From Acidimicrobiia bacterium (GTDB taxonomy: Bacteria > Actinomycetota > Acidimicrobiia > Spongiisociales > JAHEDJ01), in the NCBI GenBank assembly GCA_029210695.1, contig JARGFH010000041.1, positions 1-33,308 on the forward strand: a DNA stretch of 33,308 nucleotides, read 5' to 3'. How positions within the stretch are numbered: position 1 is the stretch's first letter; each line of letters starts with the position of its first letter. Of this stretch, positions 1 to 8,941 are shown piece by piece. The translations under genes were made by a program, and so were the position numbers. The notes under the pieces were generated by a model. That model saw only the letters and a list, made by a program, of their open reading frames with translations, had not been told where the DNA came from and did not search any database.

Positions 1-76
1 CACTACGCTCAACTGACCACTACCGGATGACTTGGAAACCAAACAACCGAGTCTCCATCAAACCCAGGGCGGTTCA
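1..76 (+). mobile_element. Right end of an IS3-family insertion sequence (last transposase codons plus terminal inverted repeat)
   Basis: 1-30 reads HYAQLTTTG-stop, typical of an IS3 OrfB C-terminus. 49-76 GAGTCTCCATCAAACCCAGGGCGGTTCA (reverse complement TGAACCGCCCTGGGTTTGATGGAGACTC) has the 5'-TG...CA-3' end and closely resembles the IS6110/IS51-type IR. Confidence 0.85.
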
Positions 77-480
77 ATTCCCAGAATGTCATCGAGGAAG
101 GCGATCTCACCAACTGAGTCGAGCAGATCTCGCGACAGCAACCGTTCATCGTTGAGCATTGTGGTCTGAGCACCGAATGCGCCGTCCTCCTGCATACGCT
201 CCAGTAGTTCGCGCCGGTCAATCGACATGTAGTAGTACGCGGTAAGGAGATAGGACGAAGCGGCGTTGCCGTCGCGCCCTTGCCAGACGTAGACATTGTC
301 GTCCCGAAAAGCCCCAAGATCCAGATCCCCGGCGATGTAGCTATCGGTCCACAAAGCGTGCGCCGTCCGTGGGTCGTCAAAGGCCTCGTATTTCGCTCGT
401 AATTCGAGAAGACGGGGTGATTCCAAGCGCGGACCAATGGCGGGCCTGCGCTCTTTCATGTGTTCATGATGGGAATCCAT
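77..480 (-). pseudogene. 5' part of a putative sugar O-methyltransferase gene, interrupted by the IS3 element
   Basis: Motifs FRDDNVYVWQ, EDGAFGA and SRDLLDSVGEIAFL resemble the N-terminal half of putative sugar O-methyltransferases. The frame runs into the IS IR (ILGI|EPPWV-stop) just before the expected SAM-binding DIGxG motif. Start chosen at ATG 480 (alternatives 459, 507). Confidence 0.65.
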
Positions 481-718
481 GTCACACCACCGCTCCGCGT
501 CACGCACAGCCCCGACGCGACGACCTCAGAAACGCCGTCCTTGTTGCCTCGAGAAACAATCGTATCTGCTCTTGCGATGATCGGGCACGATCGCTCGAGG
601 CGAGGGACACTATCCTCCGAGCACACCCCCCAATCGGGGCATGACCCAACTCATTGCTCGGACCTCCTTGCGACCACCAGCTGACGACGTTCGACCGATC
701 CTTCAAGGCGAAACACAT

Positions 719-2608
719 ATGCCCCAATCCCATTCACAGCCTTCCAATCAACCCGACGAGACCGACCGGCGCCTCGATTTGACGGACGTGGCAGACCGTT
801 GGGCGGTGGCTGAGAATGCCGCGACCGCCGCCAACTACCGACTCCAGAGACTCCAGGACCGTCGTTCCGTTCGGCTCATCACGCTTGCTACGGATGTTGC
901 CCGCCGGCGAATAGCTTTGAGGTCGATACCCCGCCGGTTCGCCGCCGCGGTCAAACGTCGCCCGCCCCAACCTCAGCGGCCCGCCATCATTCCAAGCCAG
1001 ATCCTGGAGAAGCTGCCCATGCAGCGTTCGAGCGCGCTTGGGTCCGGGTCGGATTCTGTATACCCCCACCTGCAAATCGTACATTGGGGGCGGCCTCCTA
1101 CGTTTGGCCGCGTGACCAGGCACTTGACAATCACACCGGACCTGAATTGGGTCAGCCTGCTGGACCAGCACATCGACTTCGTCATGCTCGAACCTGCCGC
1201 GGCGAGAGCGGTCGCTCCAATCGAAGCGTTGTCGGCTCTCCACCGGAAGGGCGTTCCCATCGTGCTCTTCGCTCGATCGAGGGACCATCTCCAGCTCTTC
1301 GACCCGACAATGTTGTCTCTCGTCGTTTCCGAGGAGCCGGATGTCATCGATGCCGCTCACGTCATCGTTGGCAAAGACCGGACGCTGCAGATCGACCCAT
1401 CGGTCGACATCGACCTGTTTAATCCCATCGGCTGGCAACGCCGGCCCGAATCGAACACCGCAGCCGTCTTCCCAACAACCACCAAAGCCGACGAATCCGC
1501 CGACACTAAAACACTCATCACTCCCCTCGGTGTTGAGGCCACCGTGTACACCGGGCGGGATCGCAGTCCGACCCACCGAGCGACTCTGGCCCAAGCTGCG
1601 AAGCGGCACATCGCAGTACTGGATTCACGGCAATTCCACGAAACCGAAACCGCGTTCCTCCAACACATGCTCGAGCATGCAGCCATGGGCCTGCCCATCA
1701 TCACGACGGGCTCACCTCGACTCGGCACCCTCATTCCCGCCGGGCTGATCTTCACGGTCGGAGATCCATCCGAGACGTTGGATTCGTTCAACGAACTCCG
1801 AGACACCGACGATCGCGAGCGACACAGCGTTCGACTCCGGCAATATGTACTCAGCCGTCATACGAAACGCCATCGGTTCGACCAGATCCTCGCGCAGATC
1901 GGGGTTGCCACCCCGCCCCCTCAACGGATCTCCATCATCCTGTCGACCAATAGACCAGACCACCTCGAGCATGCCTACGACCAGATCAGAGCGCAGCAAT
2001 ATCCCGATCTCGAATTGGTGACAGTGCTGCACGGAGACGGCGTCCCCGCCGGGCGAGCGCAGGAGTTAGCCGACTCCCTGACCTTCCCGAACCGCATTTT
2101 GACGGCTCCTGCCGGCTGGACACTCGGCGACTGTCTCAACTACGCCACATGGCACTCGACGGGCGATCTCATAACCAAGATGGATGATGATGACTTCTAC
2201 GGCCCTCATCACCTCCTCGATCTGGTCACCGCCAGGGCGTATTCGAAGGCCGATATCGTGGGCAAGCGTGGCAACTTCGTGTTTCTGGCCAAGGAAGACG
2301 TCACCGTCAGCTGGGGTGCCGACTACCAGGAGACTTCGCCTGTGCACATACCGGGGGCCACCATGATGTACACCCGCCAGCTTGCACACGAGTACCCCTT
2401 CCAGCGTCTGTCAAAGGGTGAGGACTCGGACTTCTTCACGCGAGTTCGACTCGACGGCGGGTTGCTCTACTCGACCCATCGATACAACTTCGTACGCAAT
2501 CGGCACGGCGACCACAGCTTTGACAAACCCGATGCCGAGTTCCTCGCTGAAGCCGATGGTGAGCCGACTCCGGGGTTCGATTACCAGACAACCGAGATCG
2601 CCTACTAG
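719..2608 (+). CDS. Glycosyltransferase: CgeB/GT-B-like middle module plus C-terminal GT2 (GT-A) domain; paralog 1
   Basis: ORF 641-2608, start likely ATG 719. Motifs PSVDIDLFNPIG, ISIILSTNRP, KMDDDDFYGPHHL, GED. N-terminal short coiled coil ending RLQDRRSVRL. Confidence 0.85.
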   Translation: MPQSHSQPSNQPDETDRRLDLTDVADRWAVAENAATAANYRLQRLQDRRSVRLITLATDVARRRIALRSIPRRFAAAVKRRPPQPQRPAIIPSQILEKLPMQRSSALGSGSDSVYPHLQIVHWGRPPTFGRVTRHLTITPDLNWVSLLDQHIDFVMLEPAAARAVAPIEALSALHRKGVPIVLFARSRDHLQLFDPTMLSLVVSEEPDVIDAAHVIVGKDRTLQIDPSVDIDLFNPIGWQRRPESNTAAVFPTTTKADESADTKTLITPLGVEATVYTGRDRSPTHRATLAQAAKRHIAVLDSRQFHETETAFLQHMLEHAAMGLPIITTGSPRLGTLIPAGLIFTVGDPSETLDSFNELRDTDDRERHSVRLRQYVLSRHTKRHRFDQILAQIGVATPPPQRISIILSTNRPDHLEHAYDQIRAQQYPDLELVTVLHGDGVPAGRAQELADSLTFPNRILTAPAGWTLGDCLNYATWHSTGDLITKMDDDDFYGPHHLLDLVTARAYSKADIVGKRGNFVFLAKEDVTVSWGADYQETSPVHIPGATMMYTRQLAHEYPFQRLSKGEDSDFFTRVRLDGGLLYSTHRYNFVRNRHGDHSFDKPDAEFLAEADGEPTPGFDYQTTEIAY

Positions 2609-5055
2609 ACCGCACCGCCATCGCCGCCCAGCGACGCCTGCGCGCCAGGAGGCGGATCCTCGACTCCGGCAAACCCGAACGCGAGGCCGCGGACCTGTTC
2701 CTCGGATTGCTGTAGGAAGTAGTCGATGTCGGCGTCCCACGTGTGCCCGATCCCGTGTCGATTCAGGAGATACCCGTAACCGTGCGTGCGATGGGTCACC
2801 CCGCCGGCCACAGAGAGAGCGCCGAGCAACGCTCGATCGACGGAGCGGGCCACAGGGCGCCATCCACCGATTGCATTCATATCATCCCGGCGCATCAACA
2901 TCGCCCCTCCGGCGAGGGTGGTTGACGGTTGTTCCGCCCCATCCTCAAACCTCCGGATGGTGACGTCGAGATCGGCCAGATACACGAACTCCGCGGCCTT
3001 GCCTGTGAGATGAGCCCCGGAGTAGTCCGCGGCGAGTACCAGATCCCACAGGTGATGATTGCCGTACCAGTCGTCATCGTCCATCTTGGTCACGAATGCC
3101 CCGGACGCCTGTTCGAGACCGAGATTCAATGCATCACCGAACACGACGGAATCTGGTACCAACACCACCTTGGCCGATTCCCCCAACCGGGCGTCCGCCG
3201 ATGCCACGAGATCGGGTGGGAAATGGTCACCGTGCAGCACCAGGATGGGTTCGATCTCCGGGTACGTCTGTCTCACGATCTGGCCGACCAGGTGCCGAAG
3301 GTAAGCTGGTCGATTCGTAGCCGCGATCACCGACACGCCCCGCGCGGGTGGTTGTCGCAAGCGCAAATAGGAACGAACGTCCGTCCATCGAGATTCGACG
3401 GACAACGTCCTGTGCGCTACTCGCCGAAGCGAGATACTCATCTGCTCGCGAAACAAAGCCCGCGTCAGTCGCTCGGGGGTCGTTGCCCGGATGAGGCCGA
3501 TCAGTTCATCACCGAGCGCGGCATCGAGACCGGCGACGTTGTCGAGCGCCACCACAGGAATACCGCTTGCCGTCAGCTGGGCGAGGGCCTCGACACGCTC
3601 ATTTGCCGATCGGTGGAGACTTGGATGATCGAGCACACCCCGATAACCCTTGAGTCGCACGTCACCGCCGTGCAGTTCGGAGCGATCCCCGACTCTTTCA
3701 ACCCCTTTGGGTATCGGTAGGCCGAGGTCTGAGTCGTCGAGGAAGTCGATCGGATGGGTCATAGAGAGTGCTGCAATCTGCCCCTCCAGGTCGTCCCATC
3801 CGATTCGGGCCGGATTTGGAGGGCCGATAACGGCAAATCTCCCGTTGTCGTCTCGGACAAACCCAATCGGGTTGAACATGCGCGGATCGATAGCAGGACC
3901 CAGACAAAGCGGTGAGGCGACGCCTGGACCGACCAGCTCAACGGACGCCTGATCGTCTGCGATTCGCGCCCACAAGATGTGGTCGGCGATTGGCGGGCCG
4001 TCCGCATCGGGCTCCACCGTTTCCCCTTCGTCAATGATGGCGATGTCAAAGGGGAGCAGCTCCGACCCCACCTGCGAAGAAAGCTGAGACGCAACCCACT
4101 CAGCACCTGCAAAGATCGAAGCGGCGACCGGTCCATGCACCAAGACGCTCTCTCCCCCGATCGGTCGTCGTCTGATCCCGAAACCCGGGGATAGAGCGTG
4201 CGGCGGAGGGGATTCCTGTCGAGGCGACGCCCTGTTACTGACAACCGAATCGATGACGGCTGCGAAGCGCCCCAACGCACTCTGAGCTGCTTCGAGCGAG
4301 GACTTCATGGATCGTGCCGCGTTTTCGCTGGCCGTCACCCGAGCCGAAAGGGCGTTGGCTCTCGCCGTGGCCGTGGCCGCGCTCTTGCGCGCCTCTGTGG
4401 AGCCGGCAGCGGAGAACTCGGCAGCCCGCTCGGCGCCCTCGCCACTTGCTGCGAGTGCACGAACAAACGACTCGCGGAACTCCCCGGTCGGATCCTCACA
4501 ACTACGCCACGAAGACATCCACAAGACCTGGCCGGCAGTCGAGACGATCAGCTGCTCTGATTCGAATCGCAGCCGGCGCGGGTCCGAAGCGAGTCCTAAC
4601 ACAAGCCCGTCTGTCAACCATGGCTCTCCGCGCAGTCCGAGCGGCATGGATGCCGACAGCAGAATACGAGTACCCGGATTGGAGCCGGATAGCACTGTTT
4701 CAAGAGCCGCAATCGGGTCTGGCAGCCGATCGAATGACTCGAATAGAACGAGTTCAGACCCGGCGAGGTCGAGATCAGCGAGATCCGCCCGGTGAATCCG
4801 ACGTCGGGTGAGGGGGTCGACAAGCGACAGGGACTGTTCGAGTGCCGCAACAGCGGTGGCGTCCCATTCGACCACGGTGACATCCGCTCCGGCAGCCGCC
4901 AGGTCCAGCGCGAGGACGCCGTCGGCGCATCCGATGTCGATGAGGCTGTCGGCGTCGACCCGCGCCGAGAGCCAGGCGATGCGCCGCTGATGGAACCGTC
5001 GGAGATCACCCCCCAATCGCCCGGACAGCGCTTCGCCGAAGAGATACGCTCTCAT
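2605..5055 (-). CDS. Fusion protein: class I SAM methyltransferase, Ala-rich helical spacer, CgeB-like module and GT2 domain; paralog 2
   Basis: Start ATG 5055 overlaps the upstream stop (ATGA). LIDIGCADG SAM motif and VVEWD; PAIDPRMFNPIG; ATNRP; KMDDDDWYGNHHL; GKAAEFVYLA. Confidence 0.85.
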   Translation of the reverse strand: MRAYLFGEALSGRLGGDLRRFHQRRIAWLSARVDADSLIDIGCADGVLALDLAAAGADVTVVEWDATAVAALEQSLSLVDPLTRRRIHRADLADLDLAGSELVLFESFDRLPDPIAALETVLSGSNPGTRILLSASMPLGLRGEPWLTDGLVLGLASDPRRLRFESEQLIVSTAGQVLWMSSWRSCEDPTGEFRESFVRALAASGEGAERAAEFSAAGSTEARKSAATATARANALSARVTASENAARSMKSSLEAAQSALGRFAAVIDSVVSNRASPRQESPPPHALSPGFGIRRRPIGGESVLVHGPVAASIFAGAEWVASQLSSQVGSELLPFDIAIIDEGETVEPDADGPPIADHILWARIADDQASVELVGPGVASPLCLGPAIDPRMFNPIGFVRDDNGRFAVIGPPNPARIGWDDLEGQIAALSMTHPIDFLDDSDLGLPIPKGVERVGDRSELHGGDVRLKGYRGVLDHPSLHRSANERVEALAQLTASGIPVVALDNVAGLDAALGDELIGLIRATTPERLTRALFREQMSISLRRVAHRTLSVESRWTDVRSYLRLRQPPARGVSVIAATNRPAYLRHLVGQIVRQTYPEIEPILVLHGDHFPPDLVASADARLGESAKVVLVPDSVVFGDALNLGLEQASGAFVTKMDDDDWYGNHHLWDLVLAADYSGAHLTGKAAEFVYLADLDVTIRRFEDGAEQPSTTLAGGAMLMRRDDMNAIGGWRPVARSVDRALLGALSVAGGVTHRTHGYGYLLNRHGIGHTWDADIDYFLQQSEEQVRGLAFGFAGVEDPPPGAQASLGGDGGAV

Positions 5056-6968
5056 ATTCCACACCACTCGAAATCGCTCCCAGTACGTCGCGAAGTCGCT
5101 TGATCGATGAAGTAGCTGCTGTCCGCCAGCCACGAGTGCCCTTCCCCGTGGCGATTCAGCACAAACCCGAAACCGTGGGTTCTCCAGACCGATCCGCCAA
5201 CGCCGAGGACGTCGCGAACCAGTGCCCGGTCCTCGCCGACAGAGAGACGTCGGAACCCGTCGACGGCTTTCCAAACGGTTTTCTCGACCATGAACGCGCC
5301 TCCGGCAATCGTGGTCGTCGGAGCTTCGGCTCCACCCGCGAATCTGCGAATGGTCAGATCCTCAGGCGCTAGGTACACGAATTCTGCAGCCTTGCCGACA
5401 AGTGGTGCGCCGCTGTACGAGTGCGCGAGAACGAGGTCCCAGATGTGGTCAACTCCGTAGAAATCATCATCGTCCATCTTGGCAACAAAGTCGCCACTTG
5501 CCATCCAGACTCCCGCGTTGAGCACATCTCCGAGAACCATCTCCGACGGCGCACGAAGGACCCGGGTTTCAATGTCTAGACCGCCGGCAATTCGGTCTTC
5601 CATATCGGCCGGAAACCCGTCCCCATGAAGCACGAACACACACTCGAGATCCGGGTAGTTCTGCCGGGCGACCTGGCTGAGGGCGTGATCGATGTGATCG
5701 GGTCTGTTGGTCGCGATCAGCGCAGTCACCTGATCGCGGCCGATCGATGGTATGCCGAGATGCGCGTCGATGGCCCTCCAACGCTGGGTGAACGTATGAT
5801 CGCGAAGGGCGAGCCTCCGCTGTTTCACGCTATGGAGCTCGCGAGCGTTTTCGTCCACCAGATCTCCGGCCGATACCGAGGAAAACAGTTGGGCAAGTTC
5901 TTCTCCGACCATCGCTCGTGCAGCAGGGTTCAATTCGGCAACCATCACCGGCACACCGGCTGCCGCCAACTCAATCATCTTTGTCGCCAGGCTCCCAGGG
6001 GTCGCAAAGCCGCTGCCGACAAGCACGACGCCCGTCGCTTCTCTGAGATGGACGATCACGGATCTCCCTCCGGCCACCATGACGGAAACTGGTCGGCCCC
6101 CCGTCCGCTGCGTGGCCGCCTCGAGGAGCGCCCGATCAGCTCGTGCCTCATCTTCCACCAGGGCAACGAAGCCAGCCTTGCTCGACCGTGAATAACCAGC
6201 TGGATTGACGAATCGCTCGTCGACAGCCGGGGAAAGAGACATCGCAGGCATAGGTTCGAGGGCACTCGAAGTGGAAAAGAGATCAACTCGAACCGCTTTG
6301 GAGACTGTCTGTTCCGCATCGACCAGGATGGTCCGAGCCGATGCGCCCTCAATGACTTCGCCGATTCGGTCGAGACCTTCGGTATCACCATCCAGCACGA
6401 CGAAATCGAGAGAAGAAACGGCGTCGCGTAGATCCTCCGCCCCGCTGAGTTGAACGACGACAACGCCGCCACCCAACAGCTTCTCGCCGGTCTGACCCAG
6501 GAATCCCACTCGGCGGCCGGGTCTGGTTCGGCGAGATCGATCGCCCAGATGCAACGCGACCTCGAGCACGGCGAGTGGATCAAAGCTGTCTTGAACGAAG
6601 CGAATCACTGGAATCGACCGGTCACCTCCACCCAGCGTTTTCAGCGTCACGGCCTGCTTCGTGGACATGGTCTCGAGCAGACCGTCCAGCCGGTCACCGA
6701 ATGTCTCGTAGCCGGCAACGAACGCTATCTCGACTCGTTCGGCCAGGTGTGCGGTGGTGAGCGCCGCCGCCAGTCTGCCAAGGCGTGAGCCATCTCCGAC
6801 AACAAAGAGGGGGTGTTCGGCTTGCTCGATCAGGGCGAGCGCTCCTCTCCATGCCGGTGTCTCGAGAGAGAAGACCGAGGGATCGTCTGCGCCCGCGTCG
6901 CTCACAAACGCACTGATCGCGGAGGCTGCCGCGTCGGACTCGCAGATGATGAGATCGTAGGGGGTCAC
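5052..6968 (-). CDS. Glycosyltransferase: CgeB-like module plus C-terminal GT2 domain; paralog 3
   Basis: 638-aa ORF with PAVDERFVNPAG, ATNRP, KMDDDDFYGVDHI, GKAAEFVYLA and GED motifs shared with paralogs 1 and 2. Confidence 0.85.
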   Translation of the reverse strand: MTPYDLIICESDAAASAISAFVSDAGADDPSVFSLETPAWRGALALIEQAEHPLFVVGDGSRLGRLAAALTTAHLAERVEIAFVAGYETFGDRLDGLLETMSTKQAVTLKTLGGGDRSIPVIRFVQDSFDPLAVLEVALHLGDRSRRTRPGRRVGFLGQTGEKLLGGGVVVVQLSGAEDLRDAVSSLDFVVLDGDTEGLDRIGEVIEGASARTILVDAEQTVSKAVRVDLFSTSSALEPMPAMSLSPAVDERFVNPAGYSRSSKAGFVALVEDEARADRALLEAATQRTGGRPVSVMVAGGRSVIVHLREATGVVLVGSGFATPGSLATKMIELAAAGVPVMVAELNPAARAMVGEELAQLFSSVSAGDLVDENARELHSVKQRRLALRDHTFTQRWRAIDAHLGIPSIGRDQVTALIATNRPDHIDHALSQVARQNYPDLECVFVLHGDGFPADMEDRIAGGLDIETRVLRAPSEMVLGDVLNAGVWMASGDFVAKMDDDDFYGVDHIWDLVLAHSYSGAPLVGKAAEFVYLAPEDLTIRRFAGGAEAPTTTIAGGAFMVEKTVWKAVDGFRRLSVGEDRALVRDVLGVGGSVWRTHGFGFVLNRHGEGHSWLADSSYFIDQATSRRTGSDFEWCGI

Positions 6969-7002
6969 GGAACCTGAATGGTGAGAGGATTAGTTGTGAG
7001 TG

Positions 7003-7008
7003 TAACCT
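7003..7008 (+). promoter_or_regulatory. Putative -10 element for a leaderless transcript of the GT2 gene
   Basis: TAACCT (TANNNT) lies 6 nt before ATG 7015 and there is no Shine-Dalgarno, the usual actinobacterial leaderless layout. Confidence 0.5.
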
Positions 7009-7014
7009 CCGCGC

Positions 7015-8745
7015 ATGTTCGAGTTGACCACATCCGAGTCCGAAGAGCCGTTCAAAGGAACAGTCCCCGGCAATCAATGGCCCCGAATTCCGGTACAGGC
7101 TCTGAGTGATTTCGAACCCTCACTTCGAGTCGCGGTTGTCGTGCCGTTCTTCGAGGATCCCGAGGCCCTTGAACTGACCTTGATCGGGCTGGCCCATCAG
7201 ACCTACCCCTCCAGCCTGATGGAGGTGGTCGTTGCCGATGATGGTTCGGAGCCCCCGTTCCAGGTGCCGGCCGATCACAATGGACTGCAGATACGCGGCG
7301 TTCGGCAGGAGCGCGATGGCTTCGGTCTCGCCCGAGCTCGGAATCTTGGAGCCCGTTCGAACGACGCCGACATCCTGGTGTTCCTCGATGCAGACATGGT
7401 GCCGGTGCCGGAGTTCGTAGCCGCTCACGCCCGATGGCACCATCTGATTCCCGATGGGATGGTGGTCGGCTTCCGAAAGCATGTCGATTTCGAAGCGATC
7501 GGCCCCAAGGCAGTTCGCAAAGCACTCGCCGAACACGGTTCTCTCGATGGCCTGTTTCGAGACCGCCTGATCACGACCCCCGAGTGGATCGAGCGCCATA
7601 TCGAAAGAACGGGCAATCTCACCTCTGAACACGACGACCTGTACCGCGTCGCCAGCGGTGGCAACCTATCGCTGAGAAGGGAGTTCTATCTCCAACTCGG
7701 TGGAAACGACGAATCCTTCACCGAGTACGGGGGCGAAGACAACGAGTTCGCGTACCGGGCTTTGCTGGCGGGCGCTGTGATCATCCCCGAACGCGCTGCG
7801 CTTGCCTGGCACCAGGGTGCGGGAGGTTGGCAACAAGATGATGATGGGAGCGGCCGCCGACTCACTCACATCAACCTCCAACAACGGATCTCTGAGCAGT
7901 CCCTCCGGCACTCCCGCCCTGGTCGTGGGTATCTGGTGCCCCATGTTGGAGTCGTGGTTCACGTGAGAGACGAACCAGTCGAGCAGGTGATTCTGGTTGT
8001 GGAGTCCATCCTCGGGAACTGGTTCCACGATCTTCACATCGAGGTCAGGTGTCACTTCGTGCGACCCGATTCCGTGCTTCTCGCCCGCGAGTTCGAATTC
8101 GATCCCCGCGTCACGATCGTCGACCCCAATGGTCCGCCCATCAAAGACGTGGCGGCCGTCCAGATGACGGTTCCCCTAAGTGCAGTATTGGGTCCGAGGA
8201 CTGTCGACAAGGTCCTTGCCGAATTGCAGCATGGCGGACCCGGGGCCTTGCACCTCACGGTTCCCCAGCTTTCCCCATCAGATGGTCTCGTCGAAGTAAC
8301 CCAACGCCGATCGGTGCAGCGTGCCCTCCGCCACGTGGGCGCTCTCGGAAGCCTTCCGGATGCACTCGCAACCCTATTTGGTGAACGCTGGATGCCGGGC
8401 GGCGACTTCGAAATCGAACGATACGAAGCAGGCAACGCCCTGGCGGTTTGGACACCACCCGGCGAACGAACGGTGATCGTGCGCCCAACGATGGAGATCG
8501 ATGAGAACAAGGTCACACAACTGGCCAAGCGCCTGCAGCGAACCGAATCGGATTTGTCGAATCATCGGAGGCGAAAGGTCGTCCGGTTCATGAACCTCGT
8601 GGGGGCGGTCACTCGAATGAAGGGCGTGCGAGCGGCTGCGCGCAAGCTGACTGCCCCAGCAGAGGAAGTTCGTGATCTCGAAGTAATCGAGGATGAGTTG
8701 CGGTCCTTGATCCGTCGATCGCCCGAAGACATTCAGCCTGAATAG
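7015..8745 (+). CDS. GT2-family glycosyltransferase (GT-A with GT7C-like subdomain) with a degenerate second domain and C-terminal coiled coil
   Basis: VVVADDGS, ARARNLGA, LVFLDADM (DxD) and GGNDESFTEYGGEDNEFAYR motifs. Confidence 0.88.
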   Translation: MFELTTSESEEPFKGTVPGNQWPRIPVQALSDFEPSLRVAVVVPFFEDPEALELTLIGLAHQTYPSSLMEVVVADDGSEPPFQVPADHNGLQIRGVRQERDGFGLARARNLGARSNDADILVFLDADMVPVPEFVAAHARWHHLIPDGMVVGFRKHVDFEAIGPKAVRKALAEHGSLDGLFRDRLITTPEWIERHIERTGNLTSEHDDLYRVASGGNLSLRREFYLQLGGNDESFTEYGGEDNEFAYRALLAGAVIIPERAALAWHQGAGGWQQDDDGSGRRLTHINLQQRISEQSLRHSRPGRGYLVPHVGVVVHVRDEPVEQVILVVESILGNWFHDLHIEVRCHFVRPDSVLLAREFEFDPRVTIVDPNGPPIKDVAAVQMTVPLSAVLGPRTVDKVLAELQHGGPGALHLTVPQLSPSDGLVEVTQRRSVQRALRHVGALGSLPDALATLFGERWMPGGDFEIERYEAGNALAVWTPPGERTVIVRPTMEIDENKVTQLAKRLQRTESDLSNHRRRKVVRFMNLVGAVTRMKGVRAAARKLTAPAEEVRDLEVIEDELRSLIRRSPEDIQPE

Positions 8746-8941
8746 CAGTGTTACGCCCTACTAAGAAGCTGGGAGCCCCACATGCTCAACGTGACGGGCG
8801 AAAACGGACGTCTGGAATAGACGATTGCCGGTCAGGGTTGAACACTCAACGATCCCTCTGCCTCATGCCTCACCGTGACCCGTACAAGCGCGGTTGCTGG
8901 ATCTCAACAACCATCAGCGCGGACTCGATAGCACTCCGAAT

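Noticed and set aside
2605..2608. Convergent GT genes share stop codons in a CTAG palindrome, a possible IS630 footprint
   Set aside because: A 4-bp convergent stop overlap is common, and there is no IR or duplication.
5056..5274. N-terminal extension of the 889-aa ORF
   Set aside because: It overlaps the 3' end of paralog 3 in another frame. The ATGA-coupled start at 5055 is more plausible.
8746..8941. Intergenic gap as a possible ncRNA or small ORF (8748-8945)
   Set aside because: No convincing structure, SD or coding signal visible by eye.
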